64,000 nucleotides of DNA. Source: an uncultured Actinomycetota bacterium (lineage in GTDB: Bacteria; Actinomycetota; Actinomycetes; Mycobacteriales; CADCTP01). Position 1 is the stretch's first letter, and every line of letters begins with the position of its first letter. A program made the position numbers and the translations under genes. The DNA is taken from positions 17,064 through 81,063 of the forward strand of contig CAWKIV010000021.1 in the NCBI GenBank assembly GCA_963849885.1, given 5' to 3'. Shown one piece after another: positions 1-11,600 of the stretch. The notes below the pieces were generated by a model, which was not told where the DNA came from, searched no databases, and worked only from the letters and a program-made list of their open reading frames with translations.

Positions 1-1014
1 CCGACATCGTGCACACCGGCCTGATCGAGATGCGCGGCACGACCTCGCCCCGGCTGCTGCTGGAGCTGGTGTCGGCCCGGATGCTGCTGCCGGCCGCGTC
101 CACCGACGGTCCGGCGCTGCTGCAGCGGCTGGAGCGGATGGAGCGCCGGCTCGCGGTGAGCAGCGCGCCGGTCGGCGAGGACGTGGGCGCGCCGCCCGAG
201 CCGCCCGCCCGGCCCGCCCGGCCCGGGCGGGATCCGGCGAGCCGGCCCCGGGCGACCCGGACCCGGAAGGTGCCGGTGGGCGCCCCGACCGCGGGCCCGG
301 CGGACGGCCCCCGCGCCGAGCGGGCCGGCGAGCGCGGCGCGTCCGGCGGCACGGACGGCCGGGACCGGCCGCCCGGCGGCGGCTCCGGAGCTGCCGCGCG
401 AGGCGCCTCCGGAGAGGGCGTCCCGGCCGCGAGCGCCGCCGCCCGCCCGCCCGCCGCCCGCCGCGCGGGCCGGACGATCGGGTGCTGCGGCGGCCGACGG
501 CGCCACGGCCGGCCCGTCCGGCGCAGGCGCGCCGCCGGCGGCGGCCACCACCCCGACGCCCGCGGTCGGCCCGGTGGACGCGACGGCGGTCCGCCGCGTC
601 TGGCCGGAGGTGCTCGACGCCGCCAAGCGCCGCAGCCGGACGGCGCACGCCCTGCTGATGAATGCCTCCGTCCGGTCGGTCGATCAGGGGGTGCTGACTC
701 TGGCGACCTCGACCCAGCCGCTGTATCGGCTGCTCACCCAGGACGTCAACAGAGACGTCGTGCGGGCCGCACTCCGCGACGTGCTCGGGGTCGACTGGCG
801 GATCCACGTCGCCGTCGACGGCGGCCCGGCGGTCGGCGGCGCGGAGTCCGGGCCGGCCGATCCGTCGCCGGAGGAGGATCCGCGCGATGACGAGCCCAGC
901 CCACCGGCGGCCGCCGCGGGCGCGGCGCCGGCCCGCACCGACCCGGAGGAGGCGGCGATCTCCCTGCTGGAGTCGACGCTGGGCGCCCGCCGGGTCCAGG
1001 ACCGCGGGCCCTAG
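1..1014 (+). CDS. dnaX: DNA polymerase III subunit gamma/tau, 3' portion (5' end outside window). The reading frame changes inside the low-complexity linker.
   Basis: The frame starting at nt 3 reads DIVHTGLIEMRGTTSPRLLLELVSARMLLP...LQRLERMERRL. The frame open from nt 160 reads ...PVDATAVRRVWPEVLDAAKRRSRTAHALLMNASVRSVDQGVLTLA (DnaX C-terminal domain), with its stop at 1012-1014. ybaB and recR lie downstream. Confidence 0.8.
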
Positions 1015-1021
1015 GCCCGGC

Positions 1022-1849
1022 TCAGGCCCGCGCCGGCGTCTCGGCCCGGGCGAAGAAGTCCAGCAGCAGCCGGTTGACCTCGTTCGGTCGCTCGAGCTGC
1101 ATCCAGTGGCCGGCGTCCTCGACCCGGGCGTACCGCCACGGCCCGGCCACCGCCGCCTCCGACCCGGCCATCTGCTCCTCGATGAGGAAGCGGTCGCCGC
1201 TGGACCAGATCCCGAGCGTCGGCACCGCGACCGGCGGCCAGTCCGGTGGCGGCGAGACCAGCGAGGCCGGCGGCAGCGAGTGCCGGTAGATGCCCAGCGC
1301 CGCGGTCAGCGCGCCGGGCTCGTCGAGCCGGGCCACCACCTCGTCCGCCTCCGGGTGCCCCGACCAGTCCCGGAAGTTCGCGAAGTCGTCCGCGGACAGC
1401 CACTGCTCGGCCACGCCCTCGAACTGGAACAGCAGCATGTACCAGGACTTCTCGCGCTGGGCCAGGCCGCCGCCGCCGAACGCCGCGGGATGCCCGACCG
1501 ACAGCGCGGCCAGCGACCGCACCCGGTCCGGCACCAGCGACGCCAGCGCCCAGGCGATGCCCGCGCCCCAGTCGTGCCCGACGACGTGCGCCGCCGGTAC
1601 GTCCAGCTGGTCCAGCACGCCGAGCAGGTCACCGATGTGCGCGCCCACGCCGTACGACCCGGGGCGGTCGGACGCGCCGAAGCCGCGCAGGTCCGGCGCG
1701 ATGGTCCGGAAGCCGGCCGCGGTGAGCGCCGGCACCTGGTGCCGCCAGAGCCGGTGGGTGTCCGGGAAGCCGTGCAGCAGCAGCACCGCCGGCCCGGAGC
1801 CGCTGTCGGCCACCTCCAGCCCGACGCCGTCGACCTCGATCCGCATCAT
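1022..1849 (-). CDS. alpha/beta hydrolase (epoxide-hydrolase-like fold)
   Basis: MMRIEVDGVGLEVADSGSGPAVLLLHGFPDTHRLWRHQ...VVGHDWGAGIAW (nucleophile elbow). GGAGAGG RBS just upstream of the ATGATG at 1849. It is the C-terminal part of the long 1022..2806 ORF. Confidence 0.85.
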   Translation of the reverse strand: MMRIEVDGVGLEVADSGSGPAVLLLHGFPDTHRLWRHQVPALTAAGFRTIAPDLRGFGASDRPGSYGVGAHIGDLLGVLDQLDVPAAHVVGHDWGAGIAWALASLVPDRVRSLAALSVGHPAAFGGGGLAQREKSWYMLLFQFEGVAEQWLSADDFANFRDWSGHPEADEVVARLDEPGALTAALGIYRHSLPPASLVSPPPDWPPVAVPTLGIWSSGDRFLIEEQMAGSEAAVAGPWRYARVEDAGHWMQLERPNEVNRLLLDFFARAETPARA

Positions 1850-2146
1850 CCGTTCCTCTCCGCGCCGCGTACCACGGCGAGCAGCTCGGCCCGGGCGCGT
1901 AGTACGGCCGGCCCAGATAGCCAACCACGCGCTCGCGCAGCGCGGGATCGGCGAGCAGCTCTGCGGCAGCGCCTGCACCGCTCCGATCGCGTCAGCTCGG
2001 CGGCCCGGCCGACGAAACCGCGGCGGCGGGCGTCGTCCAGGACGGCGGAGAGGGTCGGGCCCATCGCTCGTGCTCCTCGAGCAGGTGCGAGCCGATCGTA
2101 GCCGCGCCGTCCCGGACTTGTCGGACCGTACGGATAGGCTCGGCCC

Positions 2147-2488
2147 ATGCGACCCGGTGGCCAGCCCAACATGCAGCAGCTGATGAAGCAGGCGCAGAAG
2201 ATGCAGCAGGATCTGCTCGCGGCGCAGGAGGAGCTGGCGGCCGCGGAGGTCACCGGCTCGGCCGGCGGCGGTCTGGTCACCGCGACCGTCACCGGCAGCG
2301 GCGAGCTGCGGTCGGTGACCATCGACCCGGGCGTGGTCGACCCGGAGGACGTGGAGACGCTGCAGGACCTCGTCGTCGCGGCGGTGCGCGACGCCAACCG
2401 GGCGGCCCAGGAGCTCGCCGGCCAGCGGATGGGCCCGCTCACCCAGGGCCTCGGCGGCATGGGCGGCCTGGGCCTGCCGGGGATGTAG
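2147..2488 (+). CDS. ybaB: YbaB/EbfC family nucleoid-associated protein
   Basis: [54 protein letters not shown]. Canonical position between dnaX and recR. Confidence 0.93.
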   Translation: MRPGGQPNMQQLMKQAQKMQQDLLAAQEELAAAEVTGSAGGGLVTATVTGSGELRSVTIDPGVVDPEDVETLQDLVVAAVRDANRAAQELAGQRMGPLTQGLGGMGGLGLPGM

Positions 2489-2494
2489 GGCGGC

Positions 2495-3094
2495 GTGTAC
2501 GAGGGGGCCGTCCAGGACCTGATCGACGAGCTCGGCCGGCTGCCCGGGGTCGGGCCGAAGAGCGCGCAGCGGATCGCGTTCCACCTGCTCGCCGCCGAGC
2601 CGGCCGACGTCGGCCGGCTGGTCGCGGCGCTGCAGCGGGTCAAGGACGAGGTCAAGTTCTGCAAGACCTGCGGCAATGTGGCCGAGGCCGAGGAGTGCCG
2701 CATCTGCAAGGACGCCCGCCGCGACCTCTCGGTGATCTGCGTGGTCGAGGAGCCCAAGGACGTCGTCGCGATCGAGCGGACCCGGGAGTTCCGCGGGCGC
2801 TACCACGTGCTCGGCGGGGCGATCAGCCCGATCGAGGGCATCGGGCCGGACGACCTGCGGGTGCGCGAGCTGCTGCGGCGGCTGCAGGACGGGGTGGTGA
2901 CCGAGCTGATCCTGGCCACCGACCCCAACCTGGAGGGCGAGGCGACGGCGACCTACCTGGCCCGGCTGATCAAGCCGATGGGGCTGCGGGTCACCCGGCT
3001 GGCCAGCGGGCTGCCGGTCGGCGGCGACCTGGAGTATGCGGACGAGGTGACCCTCGGCCGGGCGTTCTCCGGCCGCCGGCTGCTCGACGTCTGA
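2495..3094 (+). CDS. recR: recombination protein RecR
   Basis: [17 protein letters not shown] helix-hairpin-helix, a CKTCGN...CRIC zinc finger and a Toprim region ([14 protein letters not shown]). Confidence 0.96.
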   Translation: MYEGAVQDLIDELGRLPGVGPKSAQRIAFHLLAAEPADVGRLVAALQRVKDEVKFCKTCGNVAEAEECRICKDARRDLSVICVVEEPKDVVAIERTREFRGRYHVLGGAISPIEGIGPDDLRVRELLRRLQDGVVTELILATDPNLEGEATATYLARLIKPMGLRVTRLASGLPVGGDLEYADEVTLGRAFSGRRLLDV

Positions 3095-3264
3095 GCCTCA
3101 CGCACCGCGACCGTCCGCCGGTCCCAGCTCCGGCCGTCGTCGGTCGACACCAGCAGCACCGGCGCGCCGAAGAGATCCGGCAGCGCCACCGTCGTAGACC
3201 GCACGCACCCGCTCGCTCACCGCCACCTCCTCCCCGACGAGTCACGGCGGGCCGCCGCGGTTCC

Positions 3265-4494
3265 TCAGGACGGGAGCTGCTCCACCTGCCAGGTCTGGCC
3301 GCCGTCGGACGAGAGGAGGATCCGCTGCGGCGCGGTGTCGTCCGGGCGGTTGACGATGCCGAGCAGCAGCCGCCCCGGGCCGGCCACCACGCGGTCGGGG
3401 CCGGCGGACACCCCGTCGAGCTGCACCGGCGGCAGGGCCTGGAGGGTGCCGTCCGGCCCGAGCCGCTGCAGCTGGCCGTCCTCGTCCTGGATCAGCAGCG
3501 CGCTCCCGGACAGGAGCACCCCCCGCGCCGACCGGGGCCGCTGCGCCGGGGTGATGCGCCGCCAGGCCGCCCCCGGCCGGGTCGGGTCGCCGACCCGCCA
3601 CAGCTCGGAGAATTCGCTCACCACCTCCGGGTTGGCGTCCCGGCTGACCAGCAGGTACGCCCCGCGGCGGCCGTCGGAGACCAGCTGGGCGAACTCGGCG
3701 GCCCCCTGGCCGCCGCCGACCGGCAGCTCGCGCCAGGTCCGGCCGCGGTCCAGGCTGACCGCGCTGACCAGCCGGGTGCTCCTATCGCCGATCGCCCAGA
3801 GCACGCCGCCGGACTCCGCGAACGCGCGGATCCCGACGTCCGAGTCGAGCAGCGGCGACCGGGCCAGCGGCCGGAGCCGGCCGGTCCGCGGCTCCAGCAC
3901 GGTGACCTGGTTGAGGCAGGACTCGCACAGGGCGAGGTCCACGATGTCGCCCTGCAGCACGGCGGGCACCGGCGGTCCGGAGGACAGGCCCTGCACGGTG
4001 GCGGTCTTGCCGCCGTCCGGGCTGGTGATGACGTTGCCCACGGTGGGCTGGTCCACCACCGTGACCCGGTCGCCGGTGACGAAGAGCCGGGGCAGGCCCG
4101 CGGCGCCGGCCACCGAGCCGGTCTCCACCGGCGTCCCGGTCCAGCCGCCGCGGGTGAGCGCGCGCCGCAGCAGCCGGTAGCGGCACTGCCGGGTCTCCTC
4201 CGGTCCGAGGCATGACGCGACCAGCGCGTACGCCCACTTGGTGCCGACCGCGGCGTCGGCGACGAACCGCAGCGGTGGCCCGAGGGCGAAGGTGGGGGCC
4301 GGCGTGGCCGGCGCCGGCACCTCCGGCTCCGGTCCGGCCCGGACGGCGAGCACTGTGGCGGCCACGCCGAGCAGCACCGTCCCGGCGATCCCGACCCACC
4401 GCCGCCGGGCCGTGCTGGTCAGCCGGCCCGGCCGCGGCGGCGGCGCGGCGTGCTGCCGATCGGCGCCGCCGCCGAGAATCTCCGGACCGGACAC
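3265..4494 (-). CDS. membrane-anchored BNR/Asp-box repeat protein (hypothetical)
   Basis: N-terminal TM segment WVGIAGTVLLGVAATVLAV. SxDxGxTW-type boxes: SPDGGKTA, SLDRGRTW, SSDGGQTW. Confidence 0.7.
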   Translation of the reverse strand: MSGPEILGGGADRQHAAPPPRPGRLTSTARRRWVGIAGTVLLGVAATVLAVRAGPEPEVPAPATPAPTFALGPPLRFVADAAVGTKWAYALVASCLGPEETRQCRYRLLRRALTRGGWTGTPVETGSVAGAAGLPRLFVTGDRVTVVDQPTVGNVITSPDGGKTATVQGLSSGPPVPAVLQGDIVDLALCESCLNQVTVLEPRTGRLRPLARSPLLDSDVGIRAFAESGGVLWAIGDRSTRLVSAVSLDRGRTWRELPVGGGQGAAEFAQLVSDGRRGAYLLVSRDANPEVVSEFSELWRVGDPTRPGAAWRRITPAQRPRSARGVLLSGSALLIQDEDGQLQRLGPDGTLQALPPVQLDGVSAGPDRVVAGPGRLLLGIVNRPDDTAPQRILLSSDGGQTWQVEQLPS

Positions 4495-4535
4495 GGCCCG
4501 AGCCTAGGGCCAGTCCGGACACCCCGGGCGAATCG

Positions 4536-6390
<1,855 letters not shown>

Positions 6391-6488
6391 GGGAGCCTAC
6401 CGGATCGGTCCACCGCCGGTCCGGACCGGCGGCGGACCGACCCGTCACGGGTGGGCCAGGTAGCCGCGCCGACGCCCCCTCGACCCGG

Positions 6489-6690
6489 TCAGGACGCGCG
6501 GGTGACCGAGGTCGCCGGGTCGCCGTCGATGGCCTGCTTGACCTGCGGGACCAGCCCGTCCAGCAGGAACGGCAGGCTCAGCACCGTGATGAACGAGGAG
6601 GCCGAGCCCAGCTCCTCGCCGTCCTCGATGAAGACGTCGCGACCCTCCTTCTTCACCGCCAGCGCGGCGTAGAGGGGCTCGCCGGCGGCG
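6489..6690 (-). pseudogene. iron-siderophore ABC substrate-binding protein, C-terminal fragment only
   Basis: The tail of the 6489..7373 minus-strand ORF reads PLYAALAVKKEGRDVFIEDGEELGSASSFITVLSLPFLLDGLVPQVKQAI. This is the typical C-terminus of FepB/FhuD-type binding proteins. No N-terminal two-thirds is present. Confidence 0.6.
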
Positions 6691-6699
6691 GGCCGCTGC

Positions 6700-7352
6700 A
6701 GGTCGCGGTCGGCGCGCTGGTCGGCTGCGCGGCCACCGCGCTGGCCATCTACCTGCTCGCCTTCCGCCGCGGCGGCGTCCAGCTGGTCCGGCTGATCCTG
6801 ATGGGCATCGGGGTGGCCGCGATGCTGGAGGCGTTCAACTCGTTCCTCATCATCCGGGCCCGGCTGGAGGCGGCGCAGGCGGCGCAGCTGTGGCTGATCG
6901 GCAGCCTCTCCGGCCGCGGCTGGGAGCACGTCTGGCCGGTGGCGGCGGCGCTGGCGGTGCTGCTGCCGCTGGCCGTGCACCACGGCCGCCGGCTGACCAT
7001 GCTGACCCTCGGCGACGAGACGGCCGCGCTGCACGGGGTGCCGGTGGAGCGCAGCCGGCTGGTCCTGCTCGGGGTGGGGGTGGCGCTGGCCGCCGTCGCC
7101 ACCGCGGCCGCCGGGCCGGTCGCGTTCATCGCGCTGGCGGCGCCGCAGCTGGCGGTCCGGCTCACCCGCTCGTCCGGGTCGGGGCTGCTGCCGGCCGCGG
7201 CGATGGGCGCCCTGCTGCTCGTCGCGAGCGACTGGGTGGCCCAGCGCGCGCTGCCCGGCACCCCGCTGCCGGTCGGGGTCGCCACCGGCGCGGTCGGCGG
7301 CGCGTACCTGGTCTGGCTGCTGGCCAGTGAGTGGCGGCGGGTCCGCCTGTGA
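6700..7352 (+). pseudogene. FecCD-family iron-siderophore ABC permease, C-terminal ~215 aa only
   Basis: GALVGCAATALAIYLLAFRRGGVQLVRLILMGIGVAAML...LTLGDETAALHGVPVERSRLVLL...LPVGVATGAVGGAYLVWLL. About 120 N-terminal residues and the start codon are missing. Confidence 0.7.
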
Positions 7353-7375
7353 CGACTGGGACATGGGAGGCAACG

Positions 7376-8221
7376 GTGGCCGACAGCCGGCTGCGAGCGG
7401 ATGACCTCACCCTGGCGTACGACCGGCGGGTGGTCGCGACCGAGCTCGGGGTGGACATCCCGGACGGGTCCTTCACGGTGATCGTGGGGCCCAACGCGTG
7501 CGGCAAGTCGACGCTGCTCAAGGCGCTGGCCCGGCTGCTGCGGCCGCGGGCCGGGACGGTGCTGCTGGACGGCGCCGAGATCGCCTCGTACCCGTCCAAG
7601 GAGGTGGCCCGCCGGCTCGGCATGCTGCCGCAGACCCCGGTCGCGCCGGGCGGGATCAGCGTCGGCGACCTGGTCGGCCGCGGCCGGTACGCCCACCAGG
7701 GGCTGTTCCGGCAGTGGTCCGCGCAGGACGAGGCGGCGGTGCTGGAGGCCATGCGGCTCACCGAGGTGACCGAGCTGTCCGACCGGTACGTCGACGAGCT
7801 GTCCGGCGGCCAGCGGCAGCGGGTCTGGCTGGCCATGGTGCTCGCCCAGCAGACGCCGATCCTGCTGCTGGACGAGCCGACCACGTTCCTCGACATCGCC
7901 CACCAGTTCGAGGTGCTCGACCTGTGCGCGGACCTGCACGAGCAGCAGGGCCGGACGCTGGTCGCGGTGCTGCACGACCTCAACCACGCCTGCCGCTACG
8001 CCACCCACCTGATCGCGATGAAGGCCGGCGCGGTGGTGGCCACCGGCAGCCCGCGCGAGGTGATCACCGCCGAGCTGGTCGAGCTGGTCTTCGGCATGCC
8101 GTGCGAGGTCATCGACGACCCGCAGACCGGCACCCCGCTGGTGGTGCCGGCCAGCCGGGTCAGGCGATCCGCTGCCCGCGCGCCAGCCGGTCGCTCGGCG
8201 TCCGCAGCCGCCGGGTGGTGA
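7376..8221 (+). CDS. iron-siderophore ABC transporter ATP-binding protein (FepC/FecE-like)
   Basis: Walker A GPNACGKST, signature LSGGQRQR, Walker B ILLLDEPT, H-loop VLHDLN. GTG start at 7376, preceded by GGGAGG. Confidence 0.9.
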   Translation: MADSRLRADDLTLAYDRRVVATELGVDIPDGSFTVIVGPNACGKSTLLKALARLLRPRAGTVLLDGAEIASYPSKEVARRLGMLPQTPVAPGGISVGDLVGRGRYAHQGLFRQWSAQDEAAVLEAMRLTEVTELSDRYVDELSGGQRQRVWLAMVLAQQTPILLLDEPTTFLDIAHQFEVLDLCADLHEQQGRTLVAVLHDLNHACRYATHLIAMKAGAVVATGSPREVITAELVELVFGMPCEVIDDPQTGTPLVVPASRVRRSAARAPAGRSASAAAGW

Positions 8222-9203
8222 TCCACACGGAGCCGGCGGCGAGCAGCAGGTTGACCGCCAGCCCGGTCGGCCACACCGGGCCGCCCTCGGCGCCCGGCGG
8301 CACCTCGTACGACGTGCCGTAGCGGTTGGTCACCGGCTTCCGCTCGATCCGCATCTCGTGCAGGCCGCGGGACATCGAGCCGAGGACGTCGACCTCCAGC
8401 GGCTCCTCGACGACCCGGCCGTCCGGCAGCCGGATCTCCCGGACCGGCCCGGCCGGGGCCGAGTCGGCCAGCACCGCGAACGGGTTCGGCGCGAGCAGCC
8501 ACCAGGTCCGGTCGGTCCGGGCGACCGTGGTCTCGTACGGGTAGGTCTCGCAGGCACCGGTCTCGTTGCATGACTGGCTGGACACCCGGACGGTCTCCTG
8601 GGTGGCCGCGGTGACCAGGCCCCAGGTGATCAGCGTGCCCACCGTCAGCGCGAAGACGGTCAGGTAGGCCAGCACGCCGGAGGTGGTGCTGCGGGCCAGC
8701 AGCGCGGACAGCGCCAGCGAGAACGCGCAGACCACGCCGAGCAGCAGCGCGGTGACCAGGTAGACGCCCGCCACCCGGAGCACGGACAGCCCGCCCTCGG
8801 CGAAGCACCACAGCGCCAGCGGCAGCGTGACGGCGAGGAAGACCAGCGCGGTGCCCCAGGAGGCGAGCAGCTTGCCGACCGCGATCTCGCCGGCGGACAG
8901 CCGGGTGACCTGGAGCGTGGCCAGCGTGCCGCGCTCCCGGTCGCCGTTCACCGACTGGGCCGCCAGCGCCGGCGCGACCAGCAGGGCCAGCGCCAGCACG
9001 ATCAGCACGACGACACCGAACATCGCCGCGCCGAGCGCCGGCTCGTCGCCGGCGATGTTCTGCTGGCCGGCCGCGGCCCGGACCAGGAAGGTGACCAGCA
9101 GCAGCACCACGAACCAGGCGCCCACCATCCAGCGCCACCGCCCGGTCCGGATCCGCAGCCGGAACTCCAGCCGGGCCACCGTCAGGATCCCGGAGAGCCT
9201 CAT
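8160..9203 (-). CDS. ABC-2 type transporter permease
   Basis: Multi-TM protein ([37 protein letters not shown]...). Its start overlaps the stop of the upstream ATPase gene by 4 nt. Confidence 0.8.
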   Translation of the reverse strand: MRLSGILTVARLEFRLRIRTGRWRWMVGAWFVVLLLVTFLVRAAAGQQNIAGDEPALGAAMFGVVVLIVLALALLVAPALAAQSVNGDRERGTLATLQVTRLSAGEIAVGKLLASWGTALVFLAVTLPLALWCFAEGGLSVLRVAGVYLVTALLLGVVCAFSLALSALLARSTTSGVLAYLTVFALTVGTLITWGLVTAATQETVRVSSQSCNETGACETYPYETTVARTDRTWWLLAPNPFAVLADSAPAGPVREIRLPDGRVVEEPLEVDVLGSMSRGLHEMRIERKPVTNRYGTSYEVPPGAEGGPVWPTGLAVNLLLAAGSVWITTRRLRTPSDRLARGQRIA

Positions 9204-10183
9204 CGCTGTCCTTCCACGAGATCCAGGTACGTCGCCTCCAGCGCCCCGCCGAGCGGGGCGAACGCGCTGATCGGCACGCCCGCCGCGACCAGCTCGGACA
9301 GCAGCCGGGCCGCCGTCCGCTCGCCGCCGACCACCTCGACGTCCAGCCCGGCGTGACCGGCGTCCACCCAGCCGACGTTGGCCTTCTCCAGCGCCCGGCG
9401 GAGCGCGTCCGGGTCCAGCGAGCGCAGCCGGTACGTCCGCAGCGACCGCGCCGCCGGCAGCTCGCCGACCTTGTGCTGGCCGACCGTCCGGCCGCCGTCC
9501 ACGAACACCACCCGGTCGGCGACCTCCTCCAGGTCGGACAGGATGTGGCTGGACACGACCACCGCGCGGCCCTCGCCGGCGAAGCGCCGCAGCAGGTCGC
9601 GCAGCTCGACCCGGCTGCGCGGGTCCAGCCCGGACGCCGGCTCGTCCAGCAGCAGCACCGCCGGGTCGTGCACCAGCGCACGGACCAGCCCGAGCCGCTG
9701 CTTCTGGCCCCGGGACAGGCTGTGCACCGGGTCGGCCGCCTTCTCCGGCAGCCGGGCCAGCTGCAGCAGCTGCCGGGCCCGGTCCGCGCGGGCGTGCCTC
9801 GGCACGTCGTACGCGGCCGCCATCACCTCGAGGTACTCGGTGCAGCTGAGGTTGTCGTACAGCCCGAAGACGTCCGGCGACCAGCCCATCCGGGCCCGCA
9901 CGTCGGCGGCCTGGGTGACCGGGTCGAAGCCGGCCACCCGCACCTCGCCGGCGTCCGGCTTGAGCAGCGTGGCCAGCACCAGCATCAGCGTGGTCTTGCC
10001 GGCCCCGTTCGGCCCCACCAGCGCGGTGACCTGGCCGGGCGGGGCGTCCAGGTCGATGCCCTGGACGGCGTGCACCGGGCCGAAGGAGCGCCGCACCCCG
10101 CGGGCGTGCACGCCCGCCGTCGGTGCCACCATCGGCGGCGGTCCCGGCGGCTGCGGCCCGCCGAGCGTCTCCGGTCCGGTCAT
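9200..10183 (-). CDS. ABC transporter ATP-binding protein
   Basis: Walker [10 protein letters not shown], signature LSRGQKQR, Walker [15 protein letters not shown] at 10183 with a GAGAGGGGAG RBS. The rest of the 9200..12541 ORF is antisense shadow over ask and asd. Confidence 0.9.
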   Translation of the reverse strand: MTGPETLGGPQPPGPPPMVAPTAGVHARGVRRSFGPVHAVQGIDLDAPPGQVTALVGPNGAGKTTLMLVLATLLKPDAGEVRVAGFDPVTQAADVRARMGWSPDVFGLYDNLSCTEYLEVMAAAYDVPRHARADRARQLLQLARLPEKAADPVHSLSRGQKQRLGLVRALVHDPAVLLLDEPASGLDPRSRVELRDLLRRFAGEGRAVVVSSHILSDLEEVADRVVFVDGGRTVGQHKVGELPAARSLRTYRLRSLDPDALRRALEKANVGWVDAGHAGLDVEVVGGERTAARLLSELVAAGVPISAFAPLGGALEATYLDLVEGQR

Positions 10184-10285
10184 CGGCTCCCCTCTCGGGC
10201 CCGGCGACTGTGCCTGGAGCGCCGAGCCCCTGCCGTAGTGTGGACGCGCCGGACAGCCCGATCGTCGCAGGGGGTGCACAGAGTC

Positions 10286-11551
10286 GTGGGGCTCGTCGTG
10301 CAGAAGTACGGCGGCTCCTCGGTCGCCGACGCGGAGCAGATCAAGCGGGTCGCGGAGCGCATCGTGGCCACCCGGCGCCTCGGGAACGAGGTCGTCGTCG
10401 TGGTGTCCGCGATGGGCGACACCACCGACGAGCTGCGTGACCTGGCCCAGCAGGTGACGCCGCTGCCGCCCGGCCGCGAGCTGGACATGCTGCTCACCGC
10501 CGGGGAGCGGATCAGCATGGCGCTGCTCGCGATGGCGATCCACGCTCTCGGACTCGACGCCCGCTCGTTCACCGGCTCGCAGGCCGGCGTGATCACCGAC
10601 AGCACGCACGGCAAGGCCCGGATCATCGACGTCACCCCCGGCCGGATCCGGGACGCGCTGGACATCGGCGCGATCGCCATCGTGGCCGGCTTCCAGGGCG
10701 TCTCCCAGGACACCAAGGACATCACCACGCTCGGCCGGGGCGCCTCGGACACCACCGCGGTGGCGCTGGCCGCGGCGCTCGGTGCCGACGTCTGCGAGAT
10801 CTTCACCGACGTGGACGGCGTGTTCTCGGCCGACCCGCGGATCGTGCCGCAGGCCCGCCAGCTGGACACCATCACGTACGAAGAGATGCTGGAGATGGCC
10901 GCGTGCGGTGCCAAGGTGCTGGCTCTGCGGTCGGTGGAGTACGCGCGGCGGTACGGCATCCCGGTCCGGGTGCGCTCGTCGTTCTCCCAGCTGCCGGGGA
11001 CGCTGGTCACCGGATCGATAGGAGACCTCAGCATGGAGCAGGCGATCATCACCGGCGTCGCGCACGACCGCAGCGAGGCCAAGATCACCGTGGTGGCGGT
11101 GCCGGACAAGCCCGGCCAGGCCGCGGTGATCTTCCGCGCGGTCGCCGACGCGGAGATCAACATCGACATGATCGTGCAGAACGTGTCGGTCGCCGCGACC
11201 GGCAAGACCGACATCTCCTTCACGCTGCCGAAGTCCGACGGCCCGGCCGGGATGGCCGCGCTGCAGAAGATCCAGCCGGCCGTCGGCTTCGAGTCGCTGC
11301 TGTACGACGACCACGTCGGCAAGGTGTCGCTCATCGGCGCCGGGATGCGGTCCCACCCCGGGGTGTCGGCCCGGTTCTTCGGCGCGCTGGCCGACTCCGG
11401 GGTCAACGTGGAGCTGATCTCCACCTCGGAGATCCGCATCTCGGTGCTGGTCCGCGACACCGACCTCGACCTGGCGGTGCGCTCGGTCCACGCCGCCTTC
11501 GACCTCGGCGGCACCGACCAGGCCACCGTCTACGCCGGGACCGGCCGGTGA
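10286..11551 (+). CDS. ask: aspartate kinase. The in-frame internal start at 11033 would give the beta (ACT-domain) subunit.
   Basis: [27 protein letters not shown]...[14 protein letters not shown]. An internal AGGAGA RBS plus ATG ([12 protein letters not shown]) sits at 11021-11035. Confidence 0.95.
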   Translation: MGLVVQKYGGSSVADAEQIKRVAERIVATRRLGNEVVVVVSAMGDTTDELRDLAQQVTPLPPGRELDMLLTAGERISMALLAMAIHALGLDARSFTGSQAGVITDSTHGKARIIDVTPGRIRDALDIGAIAIVAGFQGVSQDTKDITTLGRGASDTTAVALAAALGADVCEIFTDVDGVFSADPRIVPQARQLDTITYEEMLEMAACGAKVLALRSVEYARRYGIPVRVRSSFSQLPGTLVTGSIGDLSMEQAIITGVAHDRSEAKITVVAVPDKPGQAAVIFRAVADAEINIDMIVQNVSVAATGKTDISFTLPKSDGPAGMAALQKIQPAVGFESLLYDDHVGKVSLIGAGMRSHPGVSARFFGALADSGVNVELISTSEIRISVLVRDTDLDLAVRSVHAAFDLGGTDQATVYAGTGR

Positions 11552-11600
11552 CCGCCCCCCTCGCGCCGATCTTGGTTGACTCAACCCCTCGGGAGGGCTG

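Noticed and set aside
160-574. An E. coli-style programmed -1 ribosomal frameshift in dnaX producing a gamma subunit.
   Set aside because: The frame change needed is +1 (or -2). I saw no A-AAA-AAG-type slippery heptamer or downstream stem-loop. The downstream frame encodes the conserved C-terminal domain rather than an immediate stop.
1850-2140. A 72-codon minus-strand ORF beginning MGPTLSAVLDDARRRGFVGRAAEL, reminiscent of the N-terminus of large LuxR/AAA regulators.
   Set aside because: The resemblance is limited to FVGRAAEL and the rest is Arg-rich nonsense. Alternative frames give other partial words (LLADPALRERVVGYLGRPYYAPG). At best it is an unidentifiable remnant between the hydrolase and ybaB genes.
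10184-10285. A lysine riboswitch or other leader upstream of ask.
   Set aside because: I saw no L-box-like conserved helices. The region is only ~100 nt with a plausible TAGTGT -10 element.
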